From NCBI GenBank assembly GCA_052327205.1, contig CM126203.1:177258001-177322000 (forward strand): a DNA stretch of 64,000 nt, in the 5' to 3' direction. The DNA comes from Somniosus microcephalus. Taxonomy: Eukaryota. This document shows positions 11,218 through 23,501 of the stretch, piece by piece. A program made the position numbers and the translations under genes. Below the pieces are notes generated by a model. It saw nothing but the letters and a program-made list of their open reading frames with translations. It was not told the origin of the DNA and ran no database searches. Each line of letters opens with the position of its first letter. Positions within the stretch are counted from its first letter, which is position 1.

Positions 11218-11965
11218 TTTTAAAAGTAGATTCATATCAGTACTTGGGAGTCCTAGTGGATGCCAACTTTAGGTCAGGACACAGTCCTTTGAGATCTTGG
11301 TGAGAAGGGATGTAAAGCACTCTGGTCTTTCTCATCTTTCTGCTGTGACAGCAAAGTCCCAATACAGGTTGTGTTTGTGGACATGCTTCCAGAACAGTTT
11401 TCCTTCATGTTCAGATCTCCTAGGCTTTGTAAGCAAGACTTAGCCTAATCCAGGGACAAGCTGTGAGAGGAATTTGTGGCAAAAGAAGAAGCAGTTGGAG
11501 AGAGAAGAAGCTGTTGCCGACAGTGACTTGTCGCTGAGTACCCTGGAAGGGCTACCGCCTCATGGTGGGCATGTCCCTCACAGGAGGAGCTGGATTAAGC
11601 AGTTAATTGTGAGTAAGCCTCATACACGGCACTGGACTTGGATATCTGGAACATCAAGGTGGCTGGCATGACTGAGCCTGCCCAGTGTAGGTCCTTTGCC
11701 ATGCTGAAGATAGATGTATATCATATAGCTGATGGGGAAACTCTGAAAGCTGGGAGGAATTACTTATACTCCAGGTATGAAAATGTATGCACATTGTTCC
11801 AGGGCCTGGTGCTTAACATTATTGGAAGATGGCGGCAATGCACTCACACATTTAATGCTGCTCAATATGTCACTTGTGAGGAAGTCCTGATATCTGCAGT
11901 CCACCTAGTGAAGACTGAAATCCATGTAGGTCCGCTGTTTGATGCCCAACTAACAACAATCCACG

Positions 11966-12006
11966 TGTGTGTGTGTGCGTGTGTGTGTGTGTGAGTGTGT
12001 GTGTGT
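11966..12006. repeat. (GT)n microsatellite
   Basis: Direct reading. Confidence 0.9.
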
Positions 12007-13679
12007 TGGAGGGGGGCGGGCATTGAGAAGAGCTATGTGGGGTACCTTTGGAGTTGAGTTAGTTCCAAGATTACAAGCCTGGTGATTAAAGTTCAGAATC
12101 AAGCCAACCCACTGTGGCAGCCTCAATAATCTGATACCTGAGTTATGAAGGCAGGTCCATAGTATTCTAATGCACTATTGATGATGGACCAGCCAGCCTG
12201 GCTTATTATTGGAACATGGACAGAAGGACCAGTTACTGGGGGGCTGGGATTTGTCACACTCAGCTCCAGATACATTTGTAAGCCAGTGCCTGAATGGATA
12301 GGGTGATCTGAGCAATGCAAGCAGCGGGAAGCTTACCACAGCTCTGTGCTGGTAAGTTGTGTGGTTTTAACTGGTTAAGCTTCACAAGTACCCTGAACAC
12401 ACTTGTGAGTCCCTAAGCCTTGGCTCTGCTAACATGTGCCTAAGCTCTTTGGACTTAGATATGTAGGACATGTCCCTTTAGGGAGAGAGAGGGTGCACTC
12501 TGGATCCGGCAAACAGAAACTTCATGCGGCAGGTTTTCCATCTATTGCACTTGGGTATAAAGGATCATTTGGGTGCAGCACACAGAGTGAAATCAGGCAG
12601 GGAGGATCACATGCTTGTAATGACACCCACTCCATTTTCCATTCATTAACATGATTGGATGGAAAGTCATGTGGGCTCCGATACGCGTGTGCAATCCTTC
12701 CCCTTTGATTTTTCACCGTGCACTGTGCCCAGATGGTTCCATATCCTCAAGCGCAATAAGAGGAAAATCAACCCTACCTGTGTGTAGTATGGAGACCCTG
12801 AAAACCTGGTGATGGGTTTATGTGCATGTCAGACACCCAGCTGACCAAAGATAAAATGACAGCCCTTTAATGTTAAAACAAGTGTGATCATATTCAACAC
12901 ATGAGTTTCTTTTGATTTCTGCTTCAACCCTTACTTTCTGACGAGGCTTATACAGATCAATCTTTACAGCCATTGTGTTACTACTTAATTTGTCATAAAA
13001 TGCAGAATGCTCTTCCATTTTCAGTCAAGTTTTTCCATGGAGAGACTAGCGGAGGATTTTAATCCCCCGCTAGTCATCATCCGCCTATCTCTTTGTTGAC
13101 TCAGAGATTAGATTGTGTAAAAATAAAATATACTACAGCTTATTGGGTTGTCTTGGCTTCCAAAAGTCAGGATTTTAACTTGGGGCGGGATCCGTGCAAA
13201 GGGGATCCCGAAGCAAGCAGCACACCTTGCATTCGGCCAATTTGAAGTGCCGGGCCTCTCTTGAGATGTAGTGGTTTGCACTTTTGTGATTTACTCTGAT
13301 GAAGATAAATAATTTAATTGACAAATAATCTATTAATTACATTATTGCCTTATGTATCAAAGCAATACCAAGTAATTATGGATTTTCAGACTATGGCATT
13401 TTGAGCTAGCAACCAAAGTCTCAGTGACATGGGGCTGGAGTTTAATGCGCTGGGAGTGGGGGGAAGCAATAGTGCGTGGGAAACCTGGAAATATGTGAAG
13501 CACGTCTGTCAGTGGCTTTTTAATGCAGCCACTTCATTAACATCTGATTTCCGAGTTTCCCATCCAATTAGCGTCAGTGGGTGTGATGACGACCCACATG
13601 GCGGGATCTGAAATCCAGTATTTAAAGGGACATGCTGAACATGTAAGTTGAATCAGTTGGAGTTGGAAAGGAGAGAGAA

Positions 13680-15390
13680 GTGTTGCCTTGGAAGGTAGAT
13701 GGTCCAAGGTTGCGCTCGCATCACCGACACCTCCCTGGATGTGCTTTTGGAGCTGTGAGGACTGGAGGGAGATACTGTTCCCTAACAACTGAAGGAAGAA
13801 GCCAGCTGGGGACACCAAGAAGGTGTGGTTGGAGGTGGCACAAGAGGTCAGCAGCAGGAGCGTGGTGCCACGCTCCTAGATACAATGCAGGAAGCCATTC
13901 AATGACCTAAGCAGGGCAGGAAAGGCAGGAGCAATGGTACATTCACCTACATCCTGATGTGCGTATCACTCTAAACCCCCTCACTCTGCCTTCCCTACTC
14001 CAACACTTCACTCCTCACACCAACTTACCTTGCAGGTACACACATCCCTCCCTGTCTATGCACTTCCTCACATCCCCAGCTATCCATCCACCACTGACAC
14101 TCACCCTCATCCTGATGCAATGTCATGCCTATCCTTCAGCAAATGCTCTCCATCCATTGGGTGACCACATGCCATTACTCTCATTGGGTCTCTTCTTTCC
14201 CTCCTTACAGAAGAGAGCACAGAACACCAGGGAGAGGCAGAGAACCAAAGGTGGCCCTCCACAGATCTCACAACTAGCAGCTGCTGAGGAGGAGGCGCTG
14301 GAGATTAGCGGAGTCTTGGTGTGCCTGACCGTCGGAGATGGGGGCCTGTCAGCTACCTGGTGACAGAATTAAATATTAGACATTCACATGGCATACAACA
14401 CTCAGTCATGTTGACTTGATGTCAACAGCAAATGAAATATATTTATGTGCCTAATGATAACGTCAAACATTCTTAACTTGACAGTACTCATTCATGTCTT
14501 TTATCTCCCACAGGGCCTTCATGTGTCCCACAGGAGGTGGTCCAGGTCGCCGTCGTCACCGCTGTCTCCTCAGAGGAGGTCACTCACTCTGAGGGTTCAC
14601 CGCCACAGACTTAAATCAGACCATGGAGCAGCTCAGATACTCGCACTTCTGTGGGACTAGTCAGAGAGATAGTTGGGTTTTCACATGCTGATTCGCACTT
14701 CACAAGTGAGCAAGAGCAGACAGTGGAGTCAGGGACAGCAGTGGAGCGTCCACGTCGGAAGGGGCAGGCTGCATCCCGGGGCCGTTGATGAAGAGGATAA
14801 TCATTGAGCAGCAGCAGTGATTTTGCGATGTACTGAAAGGTGTTCCAAGCACACTGCATGATTTCAGAGAGATTGGAGGAGTCCTCCTCAAGCATGAGTA
14901 GCATTCTGTTGCAGGCCATTGCAATGATGTCTTCTTCCATGGACAGAGTGGCCAACTGCATGGAGCATCAAATGCGGCAATCAAATAAGTGAATGCAGGC
15001 CTTCAACAAGGGCTTGCACACTCTGGATGCCACCTTAATTAGGATGAATAATACCCTAGCCGTGGCCTTTCAGTGCCCCCCTGATCTGCAGCAAAGTGTT
15101 CTCCAGCACAGTGCTAGCAGGGAAGTGCGGCTGGGTCTTGAGAAGGATGACGGCGAAAGGGGACATGGAAGTGGGGACACCACTCAAAGCGCTTCCAATT
15201 CTCACCCATTGCCCCCCCCCCTCAGTCAGTACCTGACGTGCTGCCTCATGTCCCGATGGCTGAGTCTGCCCCTGTGCAGGTGCAGGTGAAGCAGTCTTTG
15301 GCGGGGCCTTCACGGGCTCTAAAACACAGAGGACATTGCCCAAGAGCATCTCAGTAGTCAGAGCAGGGATCTGAGCAACCTGCCTTTAGC
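13680..15390 (+). pseudogene. Harbinger Myb/SANT gene remnant
   Basis: KKVWLEVAQEVSSRSVVPRS*IQCRKPFNDLSRAGK; exon 2 after TTACAG at 14210 reads KRAQNTRERQRTKGGP; several stops and frameshifts. Confidence 0.75.
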
Positions 15391-15396
15391 TCTGCT

Positions 15397-15680
15397 CAGT
15401 TTGGGTTCCGCCAGGACCACTTGGCTCCAGACCTTATTACAGCCTTAGTCCAAACCTAGACAAAAGAGCTGAACTCCAGAGGTGAGAAGAGATTGACTGC
15501 CCTTGATAAGTGGCAAGTAACATTCACGCCATAAGTGGCAGGCAATGAGCATCTCCAACAAGAGAATCTAACCACCTCCTCCATGACATTCAACGGCAGC
15601 TCCAACAACACACAAGAAGCTCGACACCATCCAGGACAAAGCAGCCCGCTTGATTGGCACCCCATCCACCACTTTAAACA
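15397..15680 (+). mobile_element. Internally deleted CR1/L2-group LINE fragments inside the second Harbinger
   Basis: CAGTTTGGGTTCCGCC..., AAAAGAGCTGAACTCCAGAGGTGAG, CAACAAGAGAGAATCTAACC; same family as 28545-30760. Confidence 0.7.
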
Positions 15681-16189
15681 TTTAGGGGGAAAAATTCCCC
15701 TCCTTTGCGCCTCCCATGGGGGGCACTAACAGGACACAAAGGCCTTTTTACCCGGCCGTGGCAGTGACCGTGCTTCCCACGGGAGGTTTGCGGCGGCACT
15801 ACCTTTAAGGAAACCAGCTGATGAGGTCTCATCAAATGACGTCACCAGACCCGCTTCCTTCAATTGGTCAGGAACCTCGCAGGGCAGGCGTAACAAGCCC
15901 AATCAATGGAAAATTCTTCTCAGTGTGGGATGGAGCTGGGAGTGGGGTTGCAACCTGCCACCTACCTCGGCTGCACTTAGCCCACCTCGGTACATGAAAC
16001 CGTGGCCTCTGTTGCTGTTTGGCAAGTGGCCTTTTCAGTTGTTTGATGATGAATGGGAAGACCTGAATTGATGGCGACCAATGTGCGCCTGTGAAAGGGA
16101 GGCTTGGTTGTTTGTAGGACTGCTTTGTGTTAGTGACATTGGGCGGGGTGGGGTAAGGCGGGTAAAAGTGGCTTTTGTTTGAAGTTGTG

Positions 16190-17400
16190 GGATGGATGCA
16201 CTGTTCGAATCTAAGCAAACCTCGCAATGTGCGCCGCTGGTGTTGCATTGCCTTCATCACCTTCTTCTTCCTCGTCTTCTTCTTACTCTTCCTTCTCGTC
16301 TTCCACCTCCTCCTTCCCCTTGTCTTCGGAATCATCTGAAGAGGCTCTATGCTCTGCGCCTTGTTCCTCCTGCAGGTCCAAACCTTGCTGCTGGGCAATA
16401 TTGTGCAGAGCACAGCACACCATGATCATTTGGAGACCATCACTGGTGCATACTGAAGGGTGCCTCCAGATCTGTCCAGGCACCTGAAGCACATTTTCAG
16501 TATGCCAATGGCTTGTTCGATGACACATCATTCATTGTAGTGCTCCTGGGCCTCATTCCTTGTGTTTCTGAGAGGTGCCACCAGCCACATTTTAAGTGGG
16601 TATTCCTTGTCTCCGAGCAGCCAGCCGGTGATATCTGGTGGGTGGACTACTGCTGGATGAAAGCATCATACCAGCTGCCTGGGAATCTTGCATACAGCTG
16701 CATAAAGATCTTTTTGTGGTTGCATACCAGCTGCACATTGATGGAGTGGAAGCCCTTGCAGTTGATGAACATTCCAGGGTATGGGTGCCTTAATTGCTAC
16801 ATGTGATAACGCCCTGCACCTGTGGGAAGTCAGCCACAGAGGCAAACCTGGGCGTCGGCTCATTCTGACTGGCATCATCGCAGGCAAAGTTAACATAATT
16901 GGTGGCCCTGGAAAACAAGCCATCAGTCACCTGTCTTATGCACTTGTGTGCCGCTGACTGTGAGATCCTGCAAATGTCTCCAGCAAAGCCCTGGAAGGAT
17001 CCAGAGGCAAAAAAGTTGAGGGCAGTGGTGACTTTGACAGCCACTGGTAAAGCATGGCTAACAGGTCTAGCTGGCAGCAGGTCTTGTTCCAATCGCGACG
17101 ATCTGAGCCTCCTGAGACTCTGATTTTCAGACATGTTGAGGAAGCCTATCCTCTGCCTGTACACCCTGTGTGCTGGGTATGGCCTCGTGCAAGCTGCACC
17201 TCTCTGCTGCTCCCCTCTCTCCTGTGGAGCTACAGGTATGTGACCAGCAGGCTGTTGCTGCCGCTGTTGCTGCTGCTCTTCCTGGGTCTGTGCTGATGCT
17301 GTTGTTGGTGATGCTGTTGTTGGTGCTGCTGCTGGTCATCTTGTTCCTGGTCTGATGTTCAGTCTAAAGCAGCGTAAGCAACACCTATGCTGATCTGATA
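16190..17400 (-). pseudogene. Harbinger transposase remnant
   Basis: [50 protein letters not shown]; fragmented by frameshifts. Confidence 0.88.
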
Positions 17401-19210
17401 GATCAGAGCTTCAAAGTGCAGATCAGACCTCCAAACCTGCAAAGTGTTGAAGAAACCTCCAAAGTGTATAAAGTAACCTCTCAGCACAGTACTGTGAAGA
17501 AAGCCTATCCCACAAGCAGGTAAGAAAGCAGCTGTAAGTACTGAGTACTTATTGGCAGAGTTCCCTGACATGGCTTCAGCCTCCTCAACTGCCGCTCTGT
17601 ACTCACCTTGCTTTCACTGGCAAGTTCCAGGAAGCCTGGAAAACCCGTGGACCCAAAGTTAAAGATAAAAACTCGTGTCAATATTGCTCCAAATGAGCGA
17701 TTAACATATGTTAAGTGGCAACCTGCCTCTCCTGAGGGGTTTGCTCGCACGCAGCAATGGCACTGCAGTGAATCTCGGAAGTTTACGGGTTGGAGCCGGC
17801 TTCCTGATGCGCTATCAATTTGCCGGTTTTAACCCCCCACCTATTCCCAAACCCACGCACTCCTGCACATTAAGATCCAGCCTCATGGTCTTATTTGACA
17901 TCCCAGAAATAACTGGAAGAGAATTGCAAACAGTAATTTATTAAAGTGGTTCAGATGACATATAAAATCCTAACATCAAACTTGTGTGAACCATGAGATT
18001 AAATTGATACCTTTGACTTCTTCCCATATACATTCATTATTACTTATATCATAGGTATTTTATTTGATTTGATTTTTAGCAGGGATAAAATAGAAGTGTA
18101 TTGTTCTACTGATGGTGCTTACTGATTTCAGTTTTTTATCCTGTGTTAAGCGTCTTCAGTTCTGTAATTATATCCAGTCAGCTTTAAGTGTGCTTTCTTC
18201 TCTTTGACATTTACATTTCTAGATTTAGAGTTAAATGTGGTACTTCAATTTTTTTATATATGGTTGATAAGATAAAAGGTTTCAAGGGCCCAATTCATAT
18301 TAGTCACCAAAGTTTTAGCTGTCTGTACAGATTACCAAGTAATATGAGACATATGTGAATTATTGCTCAAAGTGACTTAGAATCTGTAGGTATTCTGAAG
18401 CATTTTATAAATCTGCTATATAATAGAAATAGAAGGATATTTCAGATGAATACGTGGCTAGAGGAATGGTGCAAGGGGGAAGGATTCAAATTCCTGGGAC
18501 ATTGGAACCGGTTCTGGGGGAGGTGGGACCAGTACAGGCTGTTTGCACCTGGGCAGGGCCGGGACCGATGTCCTAGGGGGAGTGTTTGCTAGTGCTCTGG
18601 GGGAGGGTTTAAACTGAAATGGCAGGGGGTTGGGAACCTGAGCAGGGAGACAGGAAAGGGAAACAAGGATAGAAGCAAAAGACAGGAAGGAGAAAAGCAA
18701 AGGTGGCAGTCAGAGAAATCAAGGGTTTAAGTCAAACATGACCACAGTAAATAATAATTCTAAAAGGTCCAAGATGTTATGTTCATAAATAAATAGACGT
18801 TTTCATTATGAACAGCTAGCTTGAGCTAGTCATTTATTCAGCCATGTGGACTAGTGTACAGGCATCCATCTTGACTACTGCCTTGTGGGTAGCCCACTAC
18901 TAAACATACAGCTCCACCTAGTGTACCATTCTAGAATGACATGTTACTGATCATTACATCCCCTTCCTTAGAGGTTAAACAAAATCAATATCAATCAATC
19001 ATAACGACATAAACATCTTCACAACAGTCAACACATTTTCAAAGCTTTACTTTATGAACTCTAAGCTTTTCATTCTTTTATTATAGTTTTCTTTGTGCTC
19101 AAAGATTAAGTCCATCAGGCTTTTTTACTTCACGTGTGGATCTTCTCAGCACAGGTAAGTCTGATGTGTTTTCATGTGAGCCTGTATGTGTGTTTGTGTT
19201 AGATTGTTCT

Positions 19211-22200
19211 ACATAAGAACATAAGAACATAAGAAGTAGGAGCAGGAGTAGGCCATAAGGCCCCTCGGGCCTGCTCCGCCATTCAATAGGATCATGGCTG
19301 ATCCGAATCTAGACTCACGTCCACTTCCCTGCCCTCTCCCCGTAACCCCTAATTCCCTTATCTGCTAGGAAACTGTCTATCTCCATTTTAAATTTATTTA
19401 ATGTTGCAGCTTCCACAGCTCTCTGGGGTAGCAAATTCCATAGATTTACCCTCTGAGTGAAGAAGTTTCTCCTCATCTCAGTTCTGAAAGGGCAGCCCCT
19501 TATTCTTAGATTATGCCCCCTAGTTCCAGTCTCACCCATCAGTGGAAACATCCTCCCCGCATCCACCCGATCAAGACCCCTCACAATCTTATATATTTCG
19601 ATAAGATCGCCTCTCATTCTTCTGAACTCCAATGAGTAGAGTCCCAACCTACTCAACCTTTCCTCATACGTCAACCCCCTCATCTCTGGAATCAACCGAG
19701 TGAACCTTCTCTGAACCGCCTCGAGAGCAAGTATATCTTTTCTTAAATATGGAAACCAAAACTGCACGCAGTATTCCAGGTGTGGCCTCACCAATACCCT
19801 GTATAACTGCAGCAAGACTTCCCTGTTTTTATACTCCATCCCCCTCGCAATAAAAGCCAAGATTCCATTGGCCTTCCTGATCACCTGCTGCACCTGCAAA
19901 CTAACTTTTTGTGTTTCATGCACCAGGACCCCCAGATCCCTTTGTACTGCAGCACTTTGCAGTTTCTCTCCATTTAGATAATAACTTGCTCTTTGATTTT
20001 TTCTGCCAAAGTGCATAACTTCACACTTTCCAACATTATATTGCATCTGCCAAATCTCTGCCCACTCACTTAGCCTGTCTATGTCCTTTTGCAGGTTTTT
20101 TATGTCCTCACTCACTGCTTTCCCTCCCATCTTTGTATCGTCGGCAAACTTGGATATGTTGCACTCGGTCCCTTCCTCCAAATCGTTAATATAAATTGTA
20201 AAGAGTTGGGGACCCAGCACTGACCCCTGCGGAACACCACTAGTTACTGATTGCCAGTCTGAGAATGAACCATTTATCCCAACTCTCTGCCTTCTGTTAG
20301 ATAGCCAATCCTCTATCCATGCCAGAATATTACCCCCAATCCCGTGATTTTTTATCTTAAGCAATAATCTTTTGTGTGGCACCTTGTCAAATGCCTTTTG
20401 GAAGTCTAAATACACTACATCCACTGGTTCCCCTTTATCCACCCTATATGTTACTTCCTCAAAGAACTCCAGCAAATTTGTCAAACATGACTTCCCCTTC
20501 ATAAAACCATGCTGACTTTGTCCTATTAAATTATGATTATCCAAATGTCCTGTTACTGTCTCCTTAATAATGGACTCCAAAATTTTAGCTACCACAGGTG
20601 TTAGGCTAACCGGTCTATAGTTTCCAGCCTTCTGTCTACTGCCCTTTTTAAATAAGGGTGTTACATTAGCAGTTTTCCAGTCTGCCGGGACCTTTGCCGA
20701 GTCCAGGGAGTTTTGGAAAATTATTACCAATGCATCCACAATCCCTACCGCCACTTCCCTCAAGACCCTAGGATGTAAGCCATCAGGTCCAGCTGATTTA
20801 TCCGCCTTGAGTCCCATTATTTTACCGAGTACCACTTCCTTAGTGATTTTGATCGTGTTTAGCTCCTCCCCCCCTATAGCCCCCTGTTTGTCCAGTGTTG
20901 GGATATTCTTAGTGTCCTCTACTGTAAAGACTGATACAAAATATTCATTCAGTGTTTTTGCCATCTCCATGTTTCCCACCATTAATTTTCCGGTCTCATC
21001 CTCTAAGGGACCAACATTTACTTTAGCCACCCTTTTTCTTTTTATATAACTATAAAAACTCTTACTATCTGTTTTTATATTTTCTGCTAATTTACTTTCA
21101 TAATCTATCTTCCCTTTCTTAATCAATCTTTTTGTTATTTTTTGCTGTCTTTTAAAGTTTTCCCAATCCTCTATCCTCCCACTAGATTTGGCTACCTTAT
21201 ATGCCCTTGTTTTTAGTCGAACACTATCCTTAGTTTCTTTACTTAGCCACGGATGGCTGTCTTTTCTTTTACACCCTTTTCTTCTCAGTGGAATATTTTT
21301 TTTTTGGAAGTTGTAAAATAACTCCTTAAATGCACACCACTGATCATGTATCGTCTTACCCTTTATTCTATTTTCCCAATCCACTCTACTCAATTCTGCT
21401 CTCATACCTTCATAGCCTCCTTTATTCAAGCTTAGCACGCTTGTTTGAGATCCAACCTTCTCACCCTCTAATTGAATAAGGAATTCAACCATGTTATGGT
21501 CACTCATTCCAAGGGGATCCTTTACTAGGACATTTTTAATTAATCCTGTCTCGTTACACAGGACCAGATCTAAGGTTGCTTGCCCCCTGGTCGATTCAGT
21601 TACATACTGCTCAAGAAACCCATCCCTAATACACTCAATGAACTCATCCTCAAGGCAGCCCTGCCCAATTTGATTTGTCCAATTAATACGATAGTTAAAA
21701 TCCCCCATAATTATAGATGTTCCCTTTTTACAAGCCTCAACTATTTCCTGATTGATACTCCGTCCAACAGAGTTGCCACTGTTCGGAGGCCTATAGACTA
21801 CGCCCACTAGTGTTTTTTTCCCCTTATTATTACTTACCTCCACCCAAACTGTTTCGTTATCCTGATCTTTTGACCCTATATCATTTCTCTGTATTACAGT
21901 GATTCCTTCCTTTATTAACATAGCCACCCCACCTCCCCTTCCTTCCTGCCTGTCCTTCCTGATCGTTAAATAACCTGCTATGTTTAATTCCCAGGCATTG
22001 TCACCCTGCAGCCATGTTTCTGTAATGGCCACAAGATCATACCCATATGTAGTTATTTGTGCCATTAACTCGTCTATTTTGTTACGAATGCTATGTGCAT
22101 TCAGATAGAGAACTTTCAAATATGTTTTGTGACACTTAGTTCCTGCTTTTGCCCTTTTTATTACTTTAGCTTTTACTCCATACCTTCTGCCCCTTCCTGA

Positions 22201-22367
22201 CATGCTCTGGTTTTTAATTTCCCCACTGCTACCTAAGTCTATGACCTTCTCTGTTGTCATTTTTATTATTTGCTCTCTAGGAACCTCCCCCCCACTAGTT
22301 ATTTTAAAGCCCTCTCTACAGCCCTAGTTATATGATCCGCCAGGACTCTCATCCCAGCACTGGCCAA
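19211..22367 (-). mobile_element. 5'-truncated CR1 LINE (copy B) inserted into the Gypsy integrase
   Basis: Tail (ACATAAGA)n on + at 19211-19235; last ~70 bp of ORF1 plus a full ORF2. Confidence 0.95.
19315..22260 (-). CDS. CR1 ORF2 endonuclease-reverse transcriptase, uninterrupted, 981 aa
   Basis: Single ORF with ITETW, GDFN, SDHN, QGSVLGP and FADD motifs. Confidence 0.95.
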   Translation of the reverse strand: MTTEKVIDLGSSGEIKNQSMSGRGRRYGVKAKVIKRAKAGTKCHKTYLKVLYLNAHSIRNKIDELMAQITTYGYDLVAITETWLQGDNAWELNIAGYLTIRKDRQEGRGGGVAMLIKEGITVIQRNDIGSKDQDNETVWVEVSNNKGKKTLVGVVYRPPNSGNSVGRSINQEIVEACKKGTSIIMGDFNYRINWTNQIGQGCLEDEFIECIRDGFLEQYVTESTRGQATLDLVLCNETGLIKNVLVKDPLGMSDHNMVEFLIQLEGEKVGSQTSVLSLNKGGYEGMRAELSRVDWENRIKGKTIHDQWCAFKELFYNFQKKNIPLRRKGCKRKDSHPWLSKETKDSVRLKTRAYKVAKSSGRIEDWENFKRQQKITKRLIKKGKIDYESKLAENIKTDSKSFYSYIKRKRVAKVNVGPLEDETGKLMVGNMEMAKTLNEYFVSVFTVEDTKNIPTLDKQGAIGGEELNTIKITKEVVLGKIMGLKADKSAGPDGLHPRVLREVAVGIVDALVIIFQNSLDSAKVPADWKTANVTPLFKKGSRQKAGNYRPVSLTPVVAKILESIIKETVTGHLDNHNLIGQSQHGFMKGKSCLTNLLEFFEEVTYRVDKGEPVDVVYLDFQKAFDKVPHKRLLLKIKNHGIGGNILAWIEDWLSNRRQRVGINGSFSDWQSVTSGVPQGSVLGPQLFTIYINDLEEGTECNISKFADDTKMGGKAVSEDIKNLQKDIDRLSEWAEIWQMQYNVGKCEVMHFGRKNQRASYYLNGEKLQSAAVQRDLGVLVHETQKVSLQVQQVIRKANGILAFIARGMEYKNREVLLQLYRVLVRPHLEYCVQFWFPYLRKDILALEAVQRRFTRLIPEMRGLTYEERLSRLGLYSLEFRRMRGDLIEIYKIVRGLDRVDAGRMFPLMGETGTRGHNLRIRGCPFRTEMRRNFFTQRVNLWNLLPQRAVEAATLNKFKMEIDSFLADKGIRGYGERAGKWT

Positions 22368-22739
22368 ATGAAAGAGGTCCATACCAACCTTTTGCCATGG
22401 TGCTGTTGGTAAGTCAGCTACTATCATTGGTTCCTTTGCTTGTTTGTTTTGGTGTTTCTGACATGTCTCACATATGCCTATCATGTTCTCAATGTCCTTT
22501 TTTATGCCAGGCCAATAAACAGTGTCTCTTGCTCCCCTTTTGCATTTTTCAATTCCGAGGTGTCCCTCATGAATCCTTTTGAGCATGTCTTGACGTAGAG
22601 CCTGTGGAATGACTATTCTGTTCTGTTTTAGTAATAGTCCACTTGCGACACTTAACTCTGACCTGATGTGATAGTACTTTGGACAGGAACCTTTTGGCCA
22701 ACCATGATGAATGTTCTCTTTTACTGTTTGTAACACAGT
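22368..22739 (-). pseudogene. Gypsy integrase N-terminal (HHCC) fragment
   Basis: KRIHEGHLGIEKCK...YWPGI...CETCQ...PWQKVGMDLFH. Confidence 0.88.
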
Positions 22740-23334
22740 GGGCTAAAAATTCGGTATCGCCGCGCCAGGTCTTTAGTGCCCGAAATTTTGCGCTCACCCG
22801 GATTCCCGTAGCGCCCGCCTGAAATTCAGTTGCGCCGCCCCAAGACGGAGGCGGGCGCTATTGCAGGGTTTGGCCGCCTCGTTTGGGGCGATGAAAGTCA
22901 GTTTCAGGCGTCCAGCTGCCACTGCAGCACCCGATGCGGTGCGGCAGGCTGGGGTACTGCAGGCCTCCTCCTTCTCTTAAGGAGGAGCTGCCTGCAGCCA
23001 TGAGATCGCCGCTGGATTCCCCCGGCAAATGAGCCCGGCACCACGGCCGCCCCTCCACCTTTCTGCGCCGGCCTCTTGGAGCTGCAAAGCACCGTTTTTC
23101 AAACGCTGTTTGCGGCCGCTACGGGCGAGGCGGCCGCAACTGAATTTGGCCATCGGCACGGAATAGCATTGGAACCGGGGCGCTGCGCACACCGATGATG
23201 TCATCGGTGCCGGCGCAGCGCTACCGGCTAATGCCAATGTTAGGGACCAACTGAATTTCGGGCGCTAAAAAACTTCCGGCGCAAACCACTCTATAGCCAA
23301 TAAGTGGGCGCAAACGCGACTGAATTTCTAGGCC
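22740..23334. mobile_element. Harbinger MITE, 595 bp
   Basis: TIRs GGGCTAAAAATTCGGT and ACTGAATTTCTAGGCC; TSD AGT; removing the element plus one AGT restores the Gypsy frame KDTVLQ. Confidence 0.93.
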
Positions 23335-23501
23335 AGTATCTTTTACTGTTTCTTCTGCTATTTGCTTTGATTTTGTGTCTGACACGGGCAGCGCAGCAGT
23401 GACCATACTCACATGAACATCCACGTCTTCCTCAGTAGAGCTCACATGACTCATTGTGGGTGCTTGGGATAGTGCACCTGCTAACACTATGGCCTAGAAA
23501 T

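Larger units (their letters stand above)
13431..17884. mobile_element. Degenerate Harbinger transposon (Myb gene on +, transposase on -) with internal insertions
   Basis: TIRs GGGGCTGGAGTTTAATGCGC and GCACATTAAGATCCAGCCTC; TSD register ambiguous (CAT or ATG). Confidence 0.85.
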
